DNA from: Camelus ferus
Taxonomy: Eukaryota
Length of the DNA stretch: 64,000 nt
NCBI RefSeq assembly: GCF_009834535.1
Contig: NC_045696.1
Location: 23,686,001-23,750,000 of the forward strand
Direction of reading: 5' to 3'
Below, in pieces: positions 1 through 14,349 of the stretch. Numbering within the stretch: the first letter of the stretch is position 1; each line of letters starts with the position of its first letter. Below the pieces are notes generated by a model. It did no database searches. It saw only the letters and a program-made list of their open reading frames with translations, and had not been told where the DNA came from. The position numbers and the translations under genes were made by a program.

Positions 1-1570
1 ACATAGAAACAGAGTTTTCACTGAAGGCTAGTCAGTGGGTGGAAAGGTTAGGGCTGTTCTCTTTCTGTTGTTCTTATAATTAAAAATATTTCTAAGTGTA
101 TCTATATCATAATTACCTTCTGAAGGAGTCTCATTCTGTCTTCTGTGTTCCAACTCAATACAAATACAATGATAAGTTTAATTAAAATAGTAAATAGTAT
201 TATAAAATAATTCATGTATAGTTAGAGCTGGGTAAGAGAGTAAAGCAGGGCTAATTTACATTGTTTAATGTCCAAATAAAACTCATGCCTCTAGACTATT
301 AGCTTAGTCTCCTGATTCTGAACACTTTTCAATTACTTTTGTGTTGCTTTGTGATTTGCAGTAATTTGAAACCTATAAGTCATAGCTTTCATAGTAATTA
401 TAATATCAAATGAAAATTTCACGGTGGGGAAAGAGAGCTCCCAAGTTCCTTAGAGAATTAAAGGTGGAGTTTGTGTTGAACTCAATAACTAAGAGAGAGG
501 GAGAATTATAGCCAAATGCTTTGAGAAAAAATTCCCACTTGTATTAAAGAACATGAGTTACCAATTATGGATTATGGGAAAAAAATCCTAAACATTGCTT
601 TTCTGGGCAAATTATATTTTGATATAATTTCAAACAGTGTGAAGTTACAAGAATCATGTGAGTAACTCCTGTATATTCTTGACCAAAATTGAACAGCTGT
701 TTACAATTAGCACCATTTACTTTATTATCCTGTCTCTCTCTCTCTATCAATTTTTTCTGAACTTTTGAGAATAAGTTCTAGACATCTTGCAGCTTGACCC
801 CTAAGTACCAGCATGTATTTCCTAGGAACAAGGAAATGCTCTTAAAAGACCACAATATAATTATTAAAATCAAGAAAATCAATATGGATATACTACTATT
901 ATCTAACACATATTCCTTTTCCAAATTCACCAATTGCCCCATTAATGAATGATACCCTTTACAGCCCTGTCCCCTCTCCTTCTGTACTCCACCCTCTTTT
1001 CAGGGTCCAACCCAGGACCACATATTGCATTTTGTGGTCACATCTCTTCAATCTCTTTAAATCTTGAATAGTTTCTCAGTCTTCTGTTTCAAGACCTTTA
1101 CATTTTCTAAGAGGTCAATTATTTTGTAAAACATCCCTCAATTTGAGTATGTCTGATGTTCTGTCATGATTAGATAATATTAGGCGTTTTTGATAGAAAT
1201 ACCTCAGAATCACATGAGGATTTGTCCCTTTATTGTTGCTGTTAACTTTGATCAAATGAATAGGTTGGTGTCTATAAAGTTACTACTTTCTCTTTTATAA
1301 TGAATAAGTTTGTAGTGAGTTATTTAGAGATTATATAAATATCTCTGTGATGGCTAATTTTACATGTCAACTTGGCTAGGTTCTGGTGCCCAGTTGTTTG
1401 GTCAAACACTAACCTAGATGTTGTTGTGAAGATACCTCCTAGAGGTTTACATTCACAATCTGTTGACTTTAAATAAAGCAAATTACCATTAATAATGTGG
1501 GTGGGCCTCATCCAATCAGGTGAAGACCTTAAGAGCAAACCCTGCATTTTAAAACTTTTATTATTATTAA

Positions 1571-1745
1571 GGGGGTAGGGTAGAGCTCAGTGGTAGATTA
1601 CATGCCTAGCATGTACAAGATCCTGGATTAAATCCCCAGTATCTCTATTAAAAAATAAAAAATAAAAAATAAAAATAAAAAAATAAATAAATCTAATTAC
1701 CTCCCCCAACACAATCTAAAAATAAATAAAGAAATAAATAAAATA
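1571..1745 (+). mobile_element. tRNA-derived SINE (camelid Vic-1 type)
   Basis: GGGGGTAGGGTAGAGCTCAGTGGTAGA (A box) ... TCCTGGATTAAATCCCCAGTA (degenerate B box), A-rich linker, 'ctaattacctcccc' and A-rich tail; same family as 13605, 37389 and 48987. Confidence 0.9.
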
Positions 1746-1789
1746 TTTAAATTTTCACTATTATTCTTTATAATAGTGATTTTTATTAT

Positions 1790-1875
1790 TACATTTTTTA
1801 TTGTATCAGACAAATTACATAGTGATTTGGTATCCTTACACACTACGAAATGATCACAAGTCTAGTAACCATCTG
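1790..1875 (-). mobile_element. Short L1 3'-end fragment
   Basis: 'catagtgatttggtatccttacacactacgaaatgatcacaagtctagtaaccatctg' resembles a laurasiatherian L1 3' terminus in reverse. Confidence 0.55.
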
Positions 1876-3049
1876 AAAACCTGAGGTTTTTTTAGAAGAT
1901 TGTAACATAGAAATCCTACCTGAGTTTCCTGCCTGCTGGTCTGCCCTACAGATTTTGAACTTGTCGGCTCCCACAATGGTGTAAGCTAATTCCTTAAAAT
2001 AAACATTTTTATATGTGTATATCTATATAAATAGGATATATATATATATGATTTTATATTTTATATAAAGATAACTAGATAGATACATAGATAGGTAGAT
2101 AGATGTAATAGGATATAAATATTACCTAGTAGTTCTGTTTCTCCGGACATCTCTGACTGATACAATCCATTCCTCATAAGACTTTTGCTACGTTTAGCAT
2201 TCATAGATGATTCATGCCTGAATCAAACATTGCTATGATTGTTGCTGAATGATAATTTGCTATTATCCTTTCTACCTTTAGTTGGCATTCTAAGGAAGAA
2301 CTTTCCTTTCTCCTTCATTTGTTTATTTTTTCACGTATTTGTTTATATCAGCATAAGCTTAGGAATTCTTATTTTATTCAATAGATTATAGTCAGTTATC
2401 ATTGCTATTCATTTTGATGGCTGAGCTGTTGTAGTTTGACCAGTTGAGCCCCTTCAAGTCAGCTCCTGTGTCCTTTTGTAATGTCCCCATCATACCTTGA
2501 GTACTTCCATACTTTCCATCACAAGATGCTCCAGGCTTGTACCTTCCCTGCCCCAGCTGTGGATTTATGTCATTTCTCTATGGAACCTGTATTTTTTGTT
2601 TTTTGTTTTTATAAAGTAGAGAATGGTACTCAGAAACCAAAGTTAGGGCTATTAGTACTCACTGTATAATTTAATGGCAGTTGACATAAAACCTCAAGGC
2701 AATTCAATCAATTCAATTAAATCAACATTTATTGATCACTAACTAGGTAGAAAAACTGCAGGATGTTCTAATGAGAAGGAAATGAGAGACTCAACAGAGT
2801 TTACATTCAATGGGTTAATTTAAAGTCAACTGAAAATATTACCTATTTTCAATTTGAAAGAATTTTCCTCTGTTGTCTTCTCCAATCCGATTGGTAAGCT
2901 AGTTTAACATTATTGCAAAACTAACAATTGATTTAAAGATCTAAACAATTTAAAAACAAAATCAAAATTATAGAAACTAGAAGAAGTATAAAATATCATT
3001 AATCAGTGGAGTAGAAGAAGAAGGTGGAGTGTATTCAAAAGACGGGAAA

Positions 3050-3330
3050 TATCTAGCGCTGACATTGGTGTGGGGAAAACCAGTGTTCTAATACACGGCA
3101 GTGGCAGTGTAAATTGTTACAGTGTTAAAGAGGATGAGTTGGGAAATCTATTTAAAAAAAAAAAAGCTTGTGCACTTTGGGACACCACATTTACAAGTCT
3201 GTACTAGGAATATGCTATTTCATGAGGACAAAGAGATAACTACAAGTCTAGTAATTACAAAGTTTGGGTCAAATACTAGAAACAACTACGCACCAGTCCA
3301 GGGCAGGTTAAATAAAATTGTGTTGTGGAT
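3050..3330 (+). mobile_element. Highly decayed L1ME-like ORF2 3' fragment
   Basis: 'ttggtgtggggaaaaccagtgttctaatacacggcagtggcagtgtaaattgttaca' resembles the L1 ORF2 zinc-knuckle-coding region. Confidence 0.5.
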
Positions 3331-3734
3331 AGGCTATAAATTACTACAGAAGGTAAAGGAATAAGTTAGGTATCATGTGCAGCCGTGAGAAGATCTTTAG
3401 GACAGGTTAAGTAAAAAAAAAGTTTCAGAATATTCCATATTATTTCTCTGGAATAAAATGTTACATATGAAAATGTTAATGCAGAGGAAAAGATCTGGAA
3501 AAATAACTTAATGATTAATTTAGGAGAGGGAGGTGGAGTTTAGGGAGATTATAGGCTGAATTTTACTCTCTATTCCACTTCAGTATTTGACATTTTTGAT
3601 CAATAAGAAGTTATACATTACTTAAATGAAATGTTTCTAAGTTATTGGAAAAATTACTTCTAAAACAATGATCTTAATACCATATTACAGTAGAATCTCT
3701 GGCCTTCTTCCTTTCCTCCATTTGTTGTCTATGG

Positions 3735-3950
3735 TAGCATTAAAAATTCCTCTACAATTAGTGCCTTAAAGTCTTAAAAAAACTGACATTTACTGTCTCA
3801 CAAGTTCTGTGGATCAGGAATGCGGGGCATTGCTCAACTAGGTGCCTCTGGATCAAAGTTTCTCATGAGATTTAATCAAGCCGTTAACTGGGATTGCAGT
3901 CTCATGGGAAGAGTCAATTGGGAGTTGAGAATTTTGGAGAGGCATGATCC
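3735..3950 (-). mobile_element. MLT1 (MaLR) LTR fragment
   Basis: 'catttactgtctcacaagttctgtggatcaggaat...ctcatgag...gggattgcagtctcat' resembles the reverse complement of an MLT1 3' end. Confidence 0.6.
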
Positions 3951-5042
3951 ACTTCTTTTCATTTTTTGACACTTCTAACATATTAGAAATAAAGATATCT
4001 TTAAAAAGCTAATAAAAATGTAATTTAACTTCTTGTTTACATTAAACAAGTTAACTCTTTCAGGATGAAAATATAATTTTTCTATTTACAAGTTAACTTG
4101 AGAATTTATAAAAACAAATTAGTTGTTTACTATAGATGGTACGGTCTGGCACTAGGAAATAAATTAAAGTTCTGAGACACATACTTTTTTTCAATCCTGT
4201 ACTATTTTATGTTACCCTTTTTTGAGACTATTTTAATAGTCAGTGCTTGACACCCTTGATGAATGTGCAATTCTAGCTAAATGATCCTCCTAGTAGCCCT
4301 TTTTGTGACAAGCCCTAAGTTATTCAATGGAGAATAGGTTTAATGATGTGTGATTCTAAACTATTTACTATTACACAAAATATTATAGATTTATATTGTA
4401 TCTTAATAGTCTGTCTCATACTTAGGCTAAAATTCTGTAGAACAGCACATCAAGTTTTACAGAATATATGTAACAAACTATATATACGCTTATAGTACAA
4501 TATTAAGAAAACATCTCTAAAAATGAAGCTCCAGGAGAAATCTTCTGAGCCTTGCTGACGGCATTAACATAATGAAAATGTCTTGATAAGCATAGGCAAT
4601 TATCATAGTACAGAAACTTATTCTCTACTTTCTGATGAAACGGAAGCTCTTATGTGGAGGGAACTCTATTAACATGACACGCTTGATTCTTTCCCTTTCT
4701 ATTTCTTTTTCTGTCGGGGTGGAGTGGTGGGGAAGTCAGCCTGTGTGCAGAAAGGATACATTTTGCTCTGCTCCTCCATTCTATAAGTCCTTCAGGGGTG
4801 AGCAATCCTGTGAAGGGTCTATGCCAGTCCAATGTTGCCTGTGAATGAATAAGTAAGGGATGTAATTTCTGTGTCTTACATTTAGGAAGCTCACCTGCTC
4901 CCAGATATGTCAGATTCTCCAAAATGAGCGTTGTCATCCATAAAAGTGATATTTTACTCACCATTCATCTTCTCTTTAGATTTACCTCTCAATTAGTTCA
5001 GAACTCTTGTGGGAAACAAATGTGTTATGTTGGTCGCTCCCT

Positions 5043-5486
5043 ATTGTGGGTTGAATTATGTCCTCCATAAAGATATGTTGAAGTGTGAACCCCTAGGACC
5101 GCAGAGTGTAATCTTATTTGAAAATAGGATCATTGCAGATGTAATTAGCTAAGAAAAAATGAGGTCATACAAGAGTAGGGTGGGCCCCTAATTCAATATG
5201 GCTGTTGTCTTGACAACCCTCTTCAGAGAAGACACACAGGGGAGATGGCAATGTGAAGACTGAGGCAGAGATTGGGGTTATGCTGCCAAACACCAAGGGC
5301 TACCCAGGTCTGCCAGAATCTGAAAGAGGTAAGGAAAGGTCTTCCTCTAGAGGCTTCAGAGAAAGCATAGCTCTGCCAACAACTTGATTTCAGGCATCAA
5401 GCCTCCAAAGTGTGAAAGAACAAATTTCTATTGATTTAAACTACCCAACTTGGTACTTTGTTATGACAGCCCTAGGAAATCTACAC
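5043..5486 (+). mobile_element. MLT1B/C-like MaLR solo LTR
   Basis: Starts 'tgtgggttgaattatgtcctcc'; internal 'gcagatgtaattag', 'gaggtcatac..gagtagggtgggccc' and 'gaggcagagattggggttatgctgcca'; ends 'tggtactttgttatgacagccctaggaaa'. Confidence 0.85.
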
Positions 5487-8400
5487 CCTCTCTCCTTAAA
5501 ATATCAATAAATATAAGGTTTGAATGAACTGACCTTGAATTTTACTTTCTTCTCTTCATATCAAGGTGGAAAAAAAGTTTTGAAAGTCTTAATTTACTGT
5601 TGGTGTTAACAAAACCAGTTTCCCCTTCAGTTACCAAACTTCTTGTTACAGTATACAGACACCATGGGTTCAAAAAAGACCCATGAAGATCTAATTTAAT
5701 TAATTAGCATTAAAGGTTAGCTTTAATTAATGGCAAGGAAAAGATTTGAGCTCAGTAGTCAATTTTTTTTTCCTTTATGTGGATGCATATTAATTGTACA
5801 CAATGGATTGTGGATCTCTGAATATAAATTGCATTTCTCAGAAACTTTTCTTTGTATTACAACGTGCTATTTCTGCACATTAAAATATTTAATGCATAAT
5901 TTGGCATTGTTAGCTGCCTTGTGGTTAAAATATTTTTTGCTCTTTATTGGAGTGAAAAACAAATAAGGACTAAAGGATTGGTTGGTTTCTGAAACGATTC
6001 CATTCATTGCATTCAAGACAGCCTGATATTGGTGGTTAAATCCAACAACAGACAGCTACAGAAGGAAAAAATGCTTCCTATAGCTGATAAAGCATATCGA
6101 TGTTGTATAGACAAAAGATCCTTTAGTTGACTGAATTATCATCCTTGAACAGGAAACAAAAAGGATTCTGAGTGAAACATGACTCATCTTGATTTACTAA
6201 AAGCAGAAATGGACTCAAGTTTTACTTCTTTAGCTGGTACCTCCAGGAGGATCTGTAATGTGGATGCTATAGAATCACTCCTCTGTGAAGAGTTCAATGC
6301 TTTTGAGAGAGAAGAATGGGGTATATGGTTGAGGAAGACATCAATGGACACTCTAAAGGGAAAGAAATCTTTTTATTCAGATATAAATAAACTTAATTAT
6401 TCTCTTCCAAAATATTTTGTTGTGTCTTTGATTTAATTTAATCCAGAAGAAACAAGGTAGTGCTAGTGAGAGTTCATTGATTAAAAATATCTACAAGTAA
6501 ACAAGGTCAAATTTAATTTAATTTGTTACTTAGAGTGCTCAGTGTTACTAAGCCCTATAAATGCAGTAATAAATGTATCCCTTTTACAACTGTATATTGA
6601 TATATGCAGTGACTGTATAAATTGGCTGTATTTCAAAATTAGACTTCGAAGCTGATTATTTGGAACAAAGAAAATGTTTTTTTATTGTAGACATTCTAGT
6701 TTCCAGGCACTTTTTCCCTACAAAAGCGTATTTAATACACGGCTGTGTCAAGATATTATATTGGGAGTAAAAATACAGATTAAGACATTTTTATAACTGT
6801 TCTATGATTATGATATAAAGCAGGAAGGAGGAAATATTTTTCTTCTTTTTTTGAAATTCTAATATTTGAGGACTACATTTACGTAAGCAGAAAATGGATG
6901 AAGCCTTTTTCTAAATTCTGAAGAAACCGTGTTTTCAGCTTGTTAGAAATGAATAGAGCCAGGCTTTTTTCTTCCTCTTTTCCTTTCTTCCTTCTTTTTA
7001 TTTTGGAGACTAATCTCCATACAAACCCCTGGATTCTTTGCTTGTGGTAAATTGTAGTTCTTATCACCCTTGTGCACATTACTTATAATCAGAGTTAATT
7101 TTGTCTCACAAAAGGAAAGAGGGAAAGATAGTTTTTCTTGAGGCAAATTGGATACAGTTGGAAAGAGAGAGAAAAAGAGAGAGAGAAGGACTTTTCCACA
7201 GAGAAAGAGAAAACCATACGAAGAATGAACTGAGTTATCAGCAGTGAAAAAAGAGGAAATCATCACCTAATTCCAAAGGCAGGGCACAGGACATGGTAGA
7301 AAAGAGATATGTTTTTGGTCTTGAGAAGAACAGGGAAGGAAATAAGGAATTCTTCTCACATGTGGTCTATTCACAAGTTAGATGACGAAACTCAGTGATT
7401 GCGTTAGAGGGTTTTGTTTGTCCTTTTTACATCATACTTTCCTCCTATAATGGTGGGACACAGGAGGAGAGGTGTGTGTGGCACAGAGAATGTGGGCGTC
7501 TTAGTAACAAGACCACATCACTAGAATTTGACTAAAGCAGATATTTGATGATAAACTTAGGTTAAGATTTTTTCAATGGGTAATTTATGTCTTAATAATA
7601 TAGAAATTAATTTCCGTACAATAATTTGTTAATTAACATAGTGACAACCCTCAGACAGTTTGGACTAACATCACAGCCAACTGTAACCATGACAGTAAGT
7701 GTTGGGATCCATAAATTTAACTTAAAGATACAAAACAAACATATGGACCAACTGAAGTTCAAAATCCTTAGAAGTGAGAACAATGTCAAAACTTTTTTAT
7801 CTGATGCAATTAGCATCTCACAATATACTAGGTCCTTAAAACTCCATAGGCTTAGTTACAAATGCCAGATAAGAAGTCCTGGATGTGGAGTCTTCCTTAC
7901 AACATGGTGCCATAAATAGTACCTGGATGCTACAGAGACTCCTGATGGGAAATTTTGTTATTATTTATATTTCTATTGTATTAGCTGCACACTGACTGAA
8001 CATTTGATGAAATAATCCATTATTTCACACATTAGTACCCTTGATGAATATAGTAGCCAAACTCTTAGAATATTTGTGAAAAGCAAAAGAATTTGTTTGG
8101 ACTATTAACTCTTGTGAATGAAGTTTCTGGTAAGGAAACTATAATTAGCCAATGTTAAAACACTAAATGGAGTGAAACATGTGTGTAGCAAATGATGCAA
8201 AGTTATGTGTCACTGTGAACAAGCAAATTCCTTTTGATGGTTCGGCAGAAAAACAGTCTGCCAAGGATTGTGAATGATGTGTCATTAATAGCTGAATTAT
8301 ATCAAGGTGGGGCTGAAATTTCAGGTGGTACATTGCTTTGCAGGTATAGGTCATTAAAGTAAGTAAATACTTGTTAATTCCTTGGTCATCCCAGCCCTTC

Positions 8401-11400
8401 TTCTGGACTCTCAGGCCTTCTACAGCTCTTTTCTAATGCTCTGGCCCATGTCCATTTTAACTGGCCATTTCCTGTGCTGTACCAATGTACACCATCCTTA
8501 GATAAAAGTGCTAAGAGCATTTGTAGGTCATTATATGCTATTCTGATGCTATACTGATTTTTTTTTCAATGACACTTTCACACTGTTAAATAAGCAAATA
8601 CATCTGCAATTTCAGGCTCGTATTTGACTTAGCTGATTTCTTATACGTTTGACAGGTCTTCCACATTATTGGTATAACAATTGTTTTGTCCCTCTCTGAA
8701 AGGTGCGGGGAGGTGGGTAATAAGCACCTCTTGCCAAATCTCTCCCAACAATGCTAACCAGTTCTGTGTAACCAGGAATAGTGGGAGGTGTCCCCAGACA
8801 TTTAGACACTCATCTCACAAACAGGTAAAGCAACTGTTGTCAGATTGCAGTTGAGCAGTTCTGCCCTTTATATAAACAGTTACTGATTCCGTCTTTGGAA
8901 AGAGCTCTGTTATAGCTGCCTGGGGAGTGAAGTCACCAGCTGCTCAGCTCATGGTGGGAGCTCCTGCCACTCCTTCAGCCTGACTTTGCCAGTGACAGAG
9001 GAAGCTTCAGTCCTCCCCCTGCTTCTCAAAATCCTCAAAATTCTGTCCTATTCCCCTCTCTCCTCTTTTATCTTCCCACACGTCACCATTCCCTACCCAT
9101 ATTCCAATAGCTACATAGAATTTTTAAGTTAGCAAAAGTTAATTGAATGGGGAGAAAAACAAGGGAAAAGTAAGGAAAATGTGCTTAGTGAGATCTATGG
9201 AGGCATATATCTCTGGCTTCACTTTTTACTGAATTTGAATTCTTTAGCACACACCTTCCCACTCTCCCCATCTGATTCAAATTCCTGTGTCCAATCCTTC
9301 AATACTGATATCTCTTACTTATTACTATATAAAGGAGCAACATTTTCTCAACTTAAAAAGTTCATGATTCTAAGCAAATATAAGTTCTCACCAAAATAAT
9401 GAATAAATGAATTCCTGTATTCTCTGGGCTGGTCATGACATGACTTTGTAGATTGAAATGATAGTATTTTGTTTGGGCAGATAGTCCAGTCTGTTTGCAT
9501 TTTCTAAATACACAAGGACTACTTGAAAATATAGGTCATTCACGATAGACGTGGTTGAATGGGTAGGTGGGAGAGTGACAAGAAAAAATGAGCCTTATTA
9601 AGTTAAGCAAAATGAATGAGCCACAGGGATATCCGTGCAGTGTTGACTATAGTGTGATCACCATAGACATGCCTTCTGACCCCATCTAGGTTTTCAGTGC
9701 TGTCAGTAAAAGTAGCAATGGAGGTCACAAATCATCTTCTAAAAATGTCTCAGCTAACATGCATTTTAGAATAGAGAAGTCAGAGAGAAGAACACAAGAA
9801 TTATTCCTGATAGAGATCAGAATATATTTCAGGAAGAAGGAGTGAGCAATTAGGAAACAGACATGAAGATGCCACCGGAGATGGCATAGGCTTTGGAGGT
9901 GATTGGCTATGAAATCTGTTGAGTTAGAATGTCTGAGTTGAGAGGTCTAGCAGTCTAGCATTCCATAGGCCTGAGATTCCAAAACAGTAGCAGCTAATCC
10001 CCATTCAGTCTTCTTGAAATTTCATCCCTGTGTAATCCACAATCTATTCTCAAATGCTTTCCATCAGTGTTTGACGTAGGGAGCTATAAATTATCCAGAT
10101 ATTCAGGTTTGTATTTATGTACAGTATTGGCTGATTTTGTGTTTAATTCCATAAATTGGAGTTAATCAGTACCAGGGTATCAATAACACGAAGCAAAGCA
10201 CAGTGTGCCATATTCCAGAGGTGAAATCTGAAAGGTCACTTAAGGAATAACATTATTAATTTTCAGTATACTCATGAGTGAAATAAATGATTGGCTAATT
10301 ATGTCTTATTGGTGTAATAATTCACAACTAAGCTGACATGCTTTTAAAAATCACATTATCTGAACTAGAGCTATTTATATGTATATGTGTGAAAGTATGT
10401 ATGTGTGTGTGTGTGTCTGAAATTTTTCAAGGTCCCAGAAGTAAAAGTGTGTTATCTTAGTCCTAGATTATTGGCATAAAAGTAAAGTTTTCAATTTCTG
10501 AGTATGTAAGATAAACTTCTGTTTTAAATGTATAGGATTTTACTTTCATTTAATAATGAACTTCAGCATTTAAGGTTTCATTTCAAAAATAATATTTGAA
10601 GCTAGATAGGGAAAATATAGTATGACCTTTTAGCTGGACGATACATGTCATAACCGCTGGCATATTAATTCAATAATAATTATTTCTTGATTCCTCTTAG
10701 TTACATAATTATCATTAATTTTTTAGAAATTAAAACACAGGCAAAGAAGTCTTTGTCAGTGATTCATCTTTGAAGACATTATAATATCAAATGCAAATTA
10801 AATAGGAGCTTCTGAGCCTAAAATGAGAGTTAACCACCAACCACCGTAAAAATTTCAAAATCAGATTTTCTCTACCAAATAATCTCATCCAGAGATCTAA
10901 ACCAAAAGCAAACAAAAACAACCAAAAAAGAAAAACACTTATTCAATAACTAATTTTGATCAATCATTTTTAAGTTAAGCAATACTGGTTACTTGCTCAG
11001 ATTTATTTTGACGTCTTCTTTTTATTTTAGGAACTGAATTTCAATGGATTCTGGGGACAAAGGGAAGCTGAATTATAGTCCTCCCACTTCTGGCAGATAT
11101 TTTAAAAATTACTCAGTTATGAAGAGTATTTAGGAAAAAGCCTTCCACCTGTTTTTTCATTCCATTAGTTGAAGTATAGATTATGGTTCATCATTAAAAT
11201 GGTTGAATTAGGAATAATTTTTTTCTAATTATCATTTATTTTTAAAATAAAGAGCCAAAATTAAAAATCATTTCTATATATGTATATGTATATATATACT
11301 ACATTCTACAGTTTGAAAGCTTATTTCTCTATATATTATTATTTTAGCCTCACAGTGCCTCTTTGAGACTAAAAAAGCACTGAACTCCATGTCTATATCC

Positions 11401-11964
11401 CATCACTCTTTTCTTCTAATTTAGATGACTTGATATACCTGAAGATTATTTTCTATTATCCTTTTTACAGATCGGGGTAGGCAAAACCTTACTTTCACAG
11501 TTGCTATGAGATTTTCATAGTACTCATTTTCTTATTAAGTCACAATTTAAAGAAAAAGTGAAATTCATCTTGAGCATTGCTATGTTGAATAATAGAAAAT
11601 AGTGAATATGATTTAAAACTTGCTTGAATGATTATATATCAAATGAATTAAGGAAGTAAGAATAAACAGGTCACTTAAGATATTCAGAGATGATACTGAG
11701 AACAAACACTGTCTATAGCTGATACACAGCTTTAGTTTTATTGTAAGAGGATTTGCATTTATAAAGAAGGATTTTAAAAATAATATATGTGAGTGATGTT
11801 TTATGATTTAAAAAGAAAATAAATCCATTTAGAACATAATCTGGCTCTGTGCATCCAGAATTTGTAATGTTCTTATGACTTTGTTTGAAAAAATATGGGG
11901 AGGAAGTTCTTTTCCTTCTTAATATGAACCACATTTTAAAAAATTTAAAACTAATTTTCACCTA

Positions 11965-12040
11965 TTTTTAAAACTTGAAGTATAGTCAGTTAAATGTGTC
12001 AATTTCTGCTGTACAGCACAATGTCTCAGTCATGCATATA
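11965..12040 (-). mobile_element. Camelid-type L1 extreme 3' end
   Basis: 'ttgaagtatagtcagtt..aatgtgtcaatttctgctgtacagcacaatgtctcagtcatgcatata' is similar to the reverse complement of the L1 tails at ~23350-23420 and to 57021-57087. Confidence 0.7.
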
Positions 12041-12273
12041 TCAGCTATTTTTATTTCTGTAACTTTACCTGCCTACTATTCTTCTATTTACCCTTGCCCT
12101 GTGTGTATTATTTGTTAATGCTTTAATACTCTTAAAAGTTTTTGTTTTATCTTAAGAGGAATATTTATTGCTTTTTAAAATTAAAATATGAGTTTGGGAA
12201 GGAAGAAGAATCTCAAAGAAATAGACACTGAAATTACCATTATCCAGAGATAGTCATTTGATTTTGATGTAGT

Positions 12274-12277
<4 letters not shown>

Positions 12278-12317
<40 letters not shown>
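12278..12317. repeat. (TA)n microsatellite, ~20 units
   Basis: Perfect AT dinucleotide run visible in sequence. Confidence 0.97.
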
Positions 12318-12320
<3 letters not shown>

Positions 12321-12884
12321 ATAAAGTGAGATAATATTATGTGATATATCATAACTTGCTACTGTCATTCAAAACTATTAAAAAGTAAATATTTCCAAAT
12401 ATGCCAGGATTTTGGTATACCACTACTTTGGACAATCAGTTTGGGATAATCCATTTTTTGATTCAACAATTGAACAACAGAATCAATTTCAGAACATAAT
12501 TTCTTCACATTTATTATAGAAGTATATGTCATTTTTCACTGGATGGTCTTTCTCTTTTAAGTTTTCAGCAAATAAATCTTTCTTTTATAGCTGTTTGAGA
12601 TCCAAAGTACAGATAATACCTTTACTCAGCAAATCCCAGTAGAGGCAGTACAGTACTAATGCGGAGGATTTCAAAAACAAAACTGTGTTATCAAGTTACT
12701 CCTCCTAGCACCTAATTCCATCTGTAATTTTAGACAGGGAAGAACTTCAGACTATAAATTTCCTCCTCTATTAAATGGGTAGAGAGCACTAACTATCTCA
12801 GTAGATTTTTATGAGAGTACATTTCACTCTGACAGTGAAAACACTTTGTAACCATATTGGATATGGTTTACTGGTTAAAATATC

Positions 12885-13440
12885 CTTCCTCACTTCTTTC
12901 TAATGGGCCTTTCTGTATTGCAGGGGCTGGAAGACCAAAAGCCATCATACCCAGGCTCTTTTGCATCTGTGGTTCCCTCATAATATAAGTTCCCCCGTAA
13001 CATAAGTTCCCCCAACACAAATGCGAGATCCCAGAATGTGGAAGTGAGCTGGAGACACCTCCTGCTTGCTTTACACTCTGTTCTGCCAGTGGACATATTT
13101 GGGAAGTGGAGCTAAAGGTGGCAGGAGGAAATTGCACAGGAGAAGGCAGCTGGTCGCGGGGGTCGTGTTCCAGGGCCAGTTTCGTAGGAACTGTGGGAGC
13201 TGATCTGGCTGTGGCTTTTTTTAATTCTTGGAGCTTATTGGCAGTTATGATTTTTTATAGCTCAGTAGTTTCACCAGTGATTTCTGGTTCCTTGCCTTCC
13301 TGATTCTGCCAAGTCAGATCTGGAAGCCCAGCCTTCAATCCATATCTCCAGTTCCTCCAAGGATTTTATATAGTTCCTTGATTTGATTGCTTTGCTGCTT
13401 AAAGTGCCTACAGTGTGTTCAATTCCTCATACCACTAATT
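12885..13440 (+). mobile_element. Old ERVL-type LTR (LTR33-like), tentative
   Basis: GC-richer block with 'gcaggggctggaagacc...cccaggctcttttgca' and a 3' 'ctgcttaaagtgcctacagtgtgttcaattcct', resembling LTR33-class elements. Confidence 0.4.
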
Positions 13441-13604
13441 GTAAGCAATACCGAAATGCTTGAGATCCAATGGTTGACTGGGTTTTTCTACCTTCTCTTG
13501 AGTCTATCACCTCATGTGTCCACAAACTAAGTTGTAGAATTGACATCCTGAAGTATTCCATGGGTTTTTTTCCCTCACAAAATTCAGAAAAGTCTCCTTC
13601 CTTC

Positions 13605-13749
13605 TTTTTATTTTTGTTTGTCTGTTTTATGAGGGGAAGGTAATTAGGTTTACTTATTTATTTATATTTGGAGGAAGTACTGGGGATTGACCCTAAGACC
13701 TTGTGCATGCTAAGCATGTGCTCTACCACTTGAGCTATACCCTCTCCCC
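13605..13749 (-). mobile_element. tRNA-derived SINE (Vic-1 type)
   Basis: Reverse complement reads GGGGAGAGGGTATAGCTCAAGTGGTAGAGCACATGCTTAGCATGCACAAGGTCTTAGGGTCAATCCCCAGTAC followed by the 'cctaattacct' tail. Confidence 0.92.
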
Positions 13750-14349
13750 TCTTTACTTTACTTTAAAAATTAGCTGTTAATTATTTCAGCAGTCAGTCTC
13801 CCTTCTCATCACCCACTCTTGGACTCCCAATATTGGGGGCTTTAGAATTTTCACTGAATTCCCTTCTTGTTTGGGAGTCACTGAAGATTTGATCCTAATG
13901 ATTAATGGAATAATTATAGTTGTAACCCTTTGCCCCATATTATTAAATCCAAGGAATAAAACAGAGAAGATGGCTTCTGGAATATTTTTTGACATTCAAC
14001 CAGGCTGACCTTTTTTCAGCTTATACATTCTTTACAGGGTAAGAATTCCCAGATGGCAACCACAAGGACAATGAAGACAGGGAAGACTATTAACCTTGTC
14101 ATTTGGAAGCTGGATTGAAAGACACACTTACCAGCATGTATAAATGAAGCACAGCACAAAGCAAAATAGGTTATTTAGACTATCAGTCACTTCACAAATA
14201 CAAAAGACCTATAGATAATTTAAGCTGGATATATTTCAAAGTACCTTGTCATGCTTCTTGGCATTAAGGTTATGGCTGGTGGCTATGTCAATATGTATCA
14301 TTTATTAAAGAAGAATTCATCAACATTGCCATTCTTTATGCTCAATAAA

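Larger units (their letters stand above)
1346..2164 (+). mobile_element. MLT2-family (ERVL) solo LTR with nested SINE and L1 fragment
   Basis: Starts TGTGATGGCTAATTTTACATGTCAACTTGGCTAGG and ends ...TTCTGTTTCTCCGGACATCTCTGACTGATACA (TG...CA). Contains the MLT2 motif 'aatgtgggtgggcctcatccaatcag' and a (TA)n/(GATA)n tract at ~2010-2105. Confidence 0.85.
690..2670 (-). mobile_element. Ancient L1 (L1MC4/5-like) 3' region, split by the MLT2 LTR at 1346-2164
   Basis: Motifs such as 'catgtatttcctaggaacaagg', 'caggaccacatattgcattt' and 'tccctcaatttgagtatgtctgatg' resemble the L1MC 3' UTR on the reverse strand; similarity resumes after 2165. Boundaries approximate. Confidence 0.6.

Noticed and set aside
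6179..6436. 85-aa plus ORF and an opposite-strand exon-like unit (acceptor near 6353)
   Set aside because: No recognisable homology; the minus-strand donor (GTACCA) is weak.
7626..7919. ORF with KLHRLSYKC, superficially like a stretch of equatorin (EQTN)
   Set aside because: Match limited to a few residues; no transmembrane segment, exon structure or further similarity.
12985..13018. Short tandem duplications (also 55127-55146 and 63875-63901) as CRISPR-like or functional arrays
   Set aside because: Only 2-4 units with no spacers; ordinary slippage in mammalian DNA.
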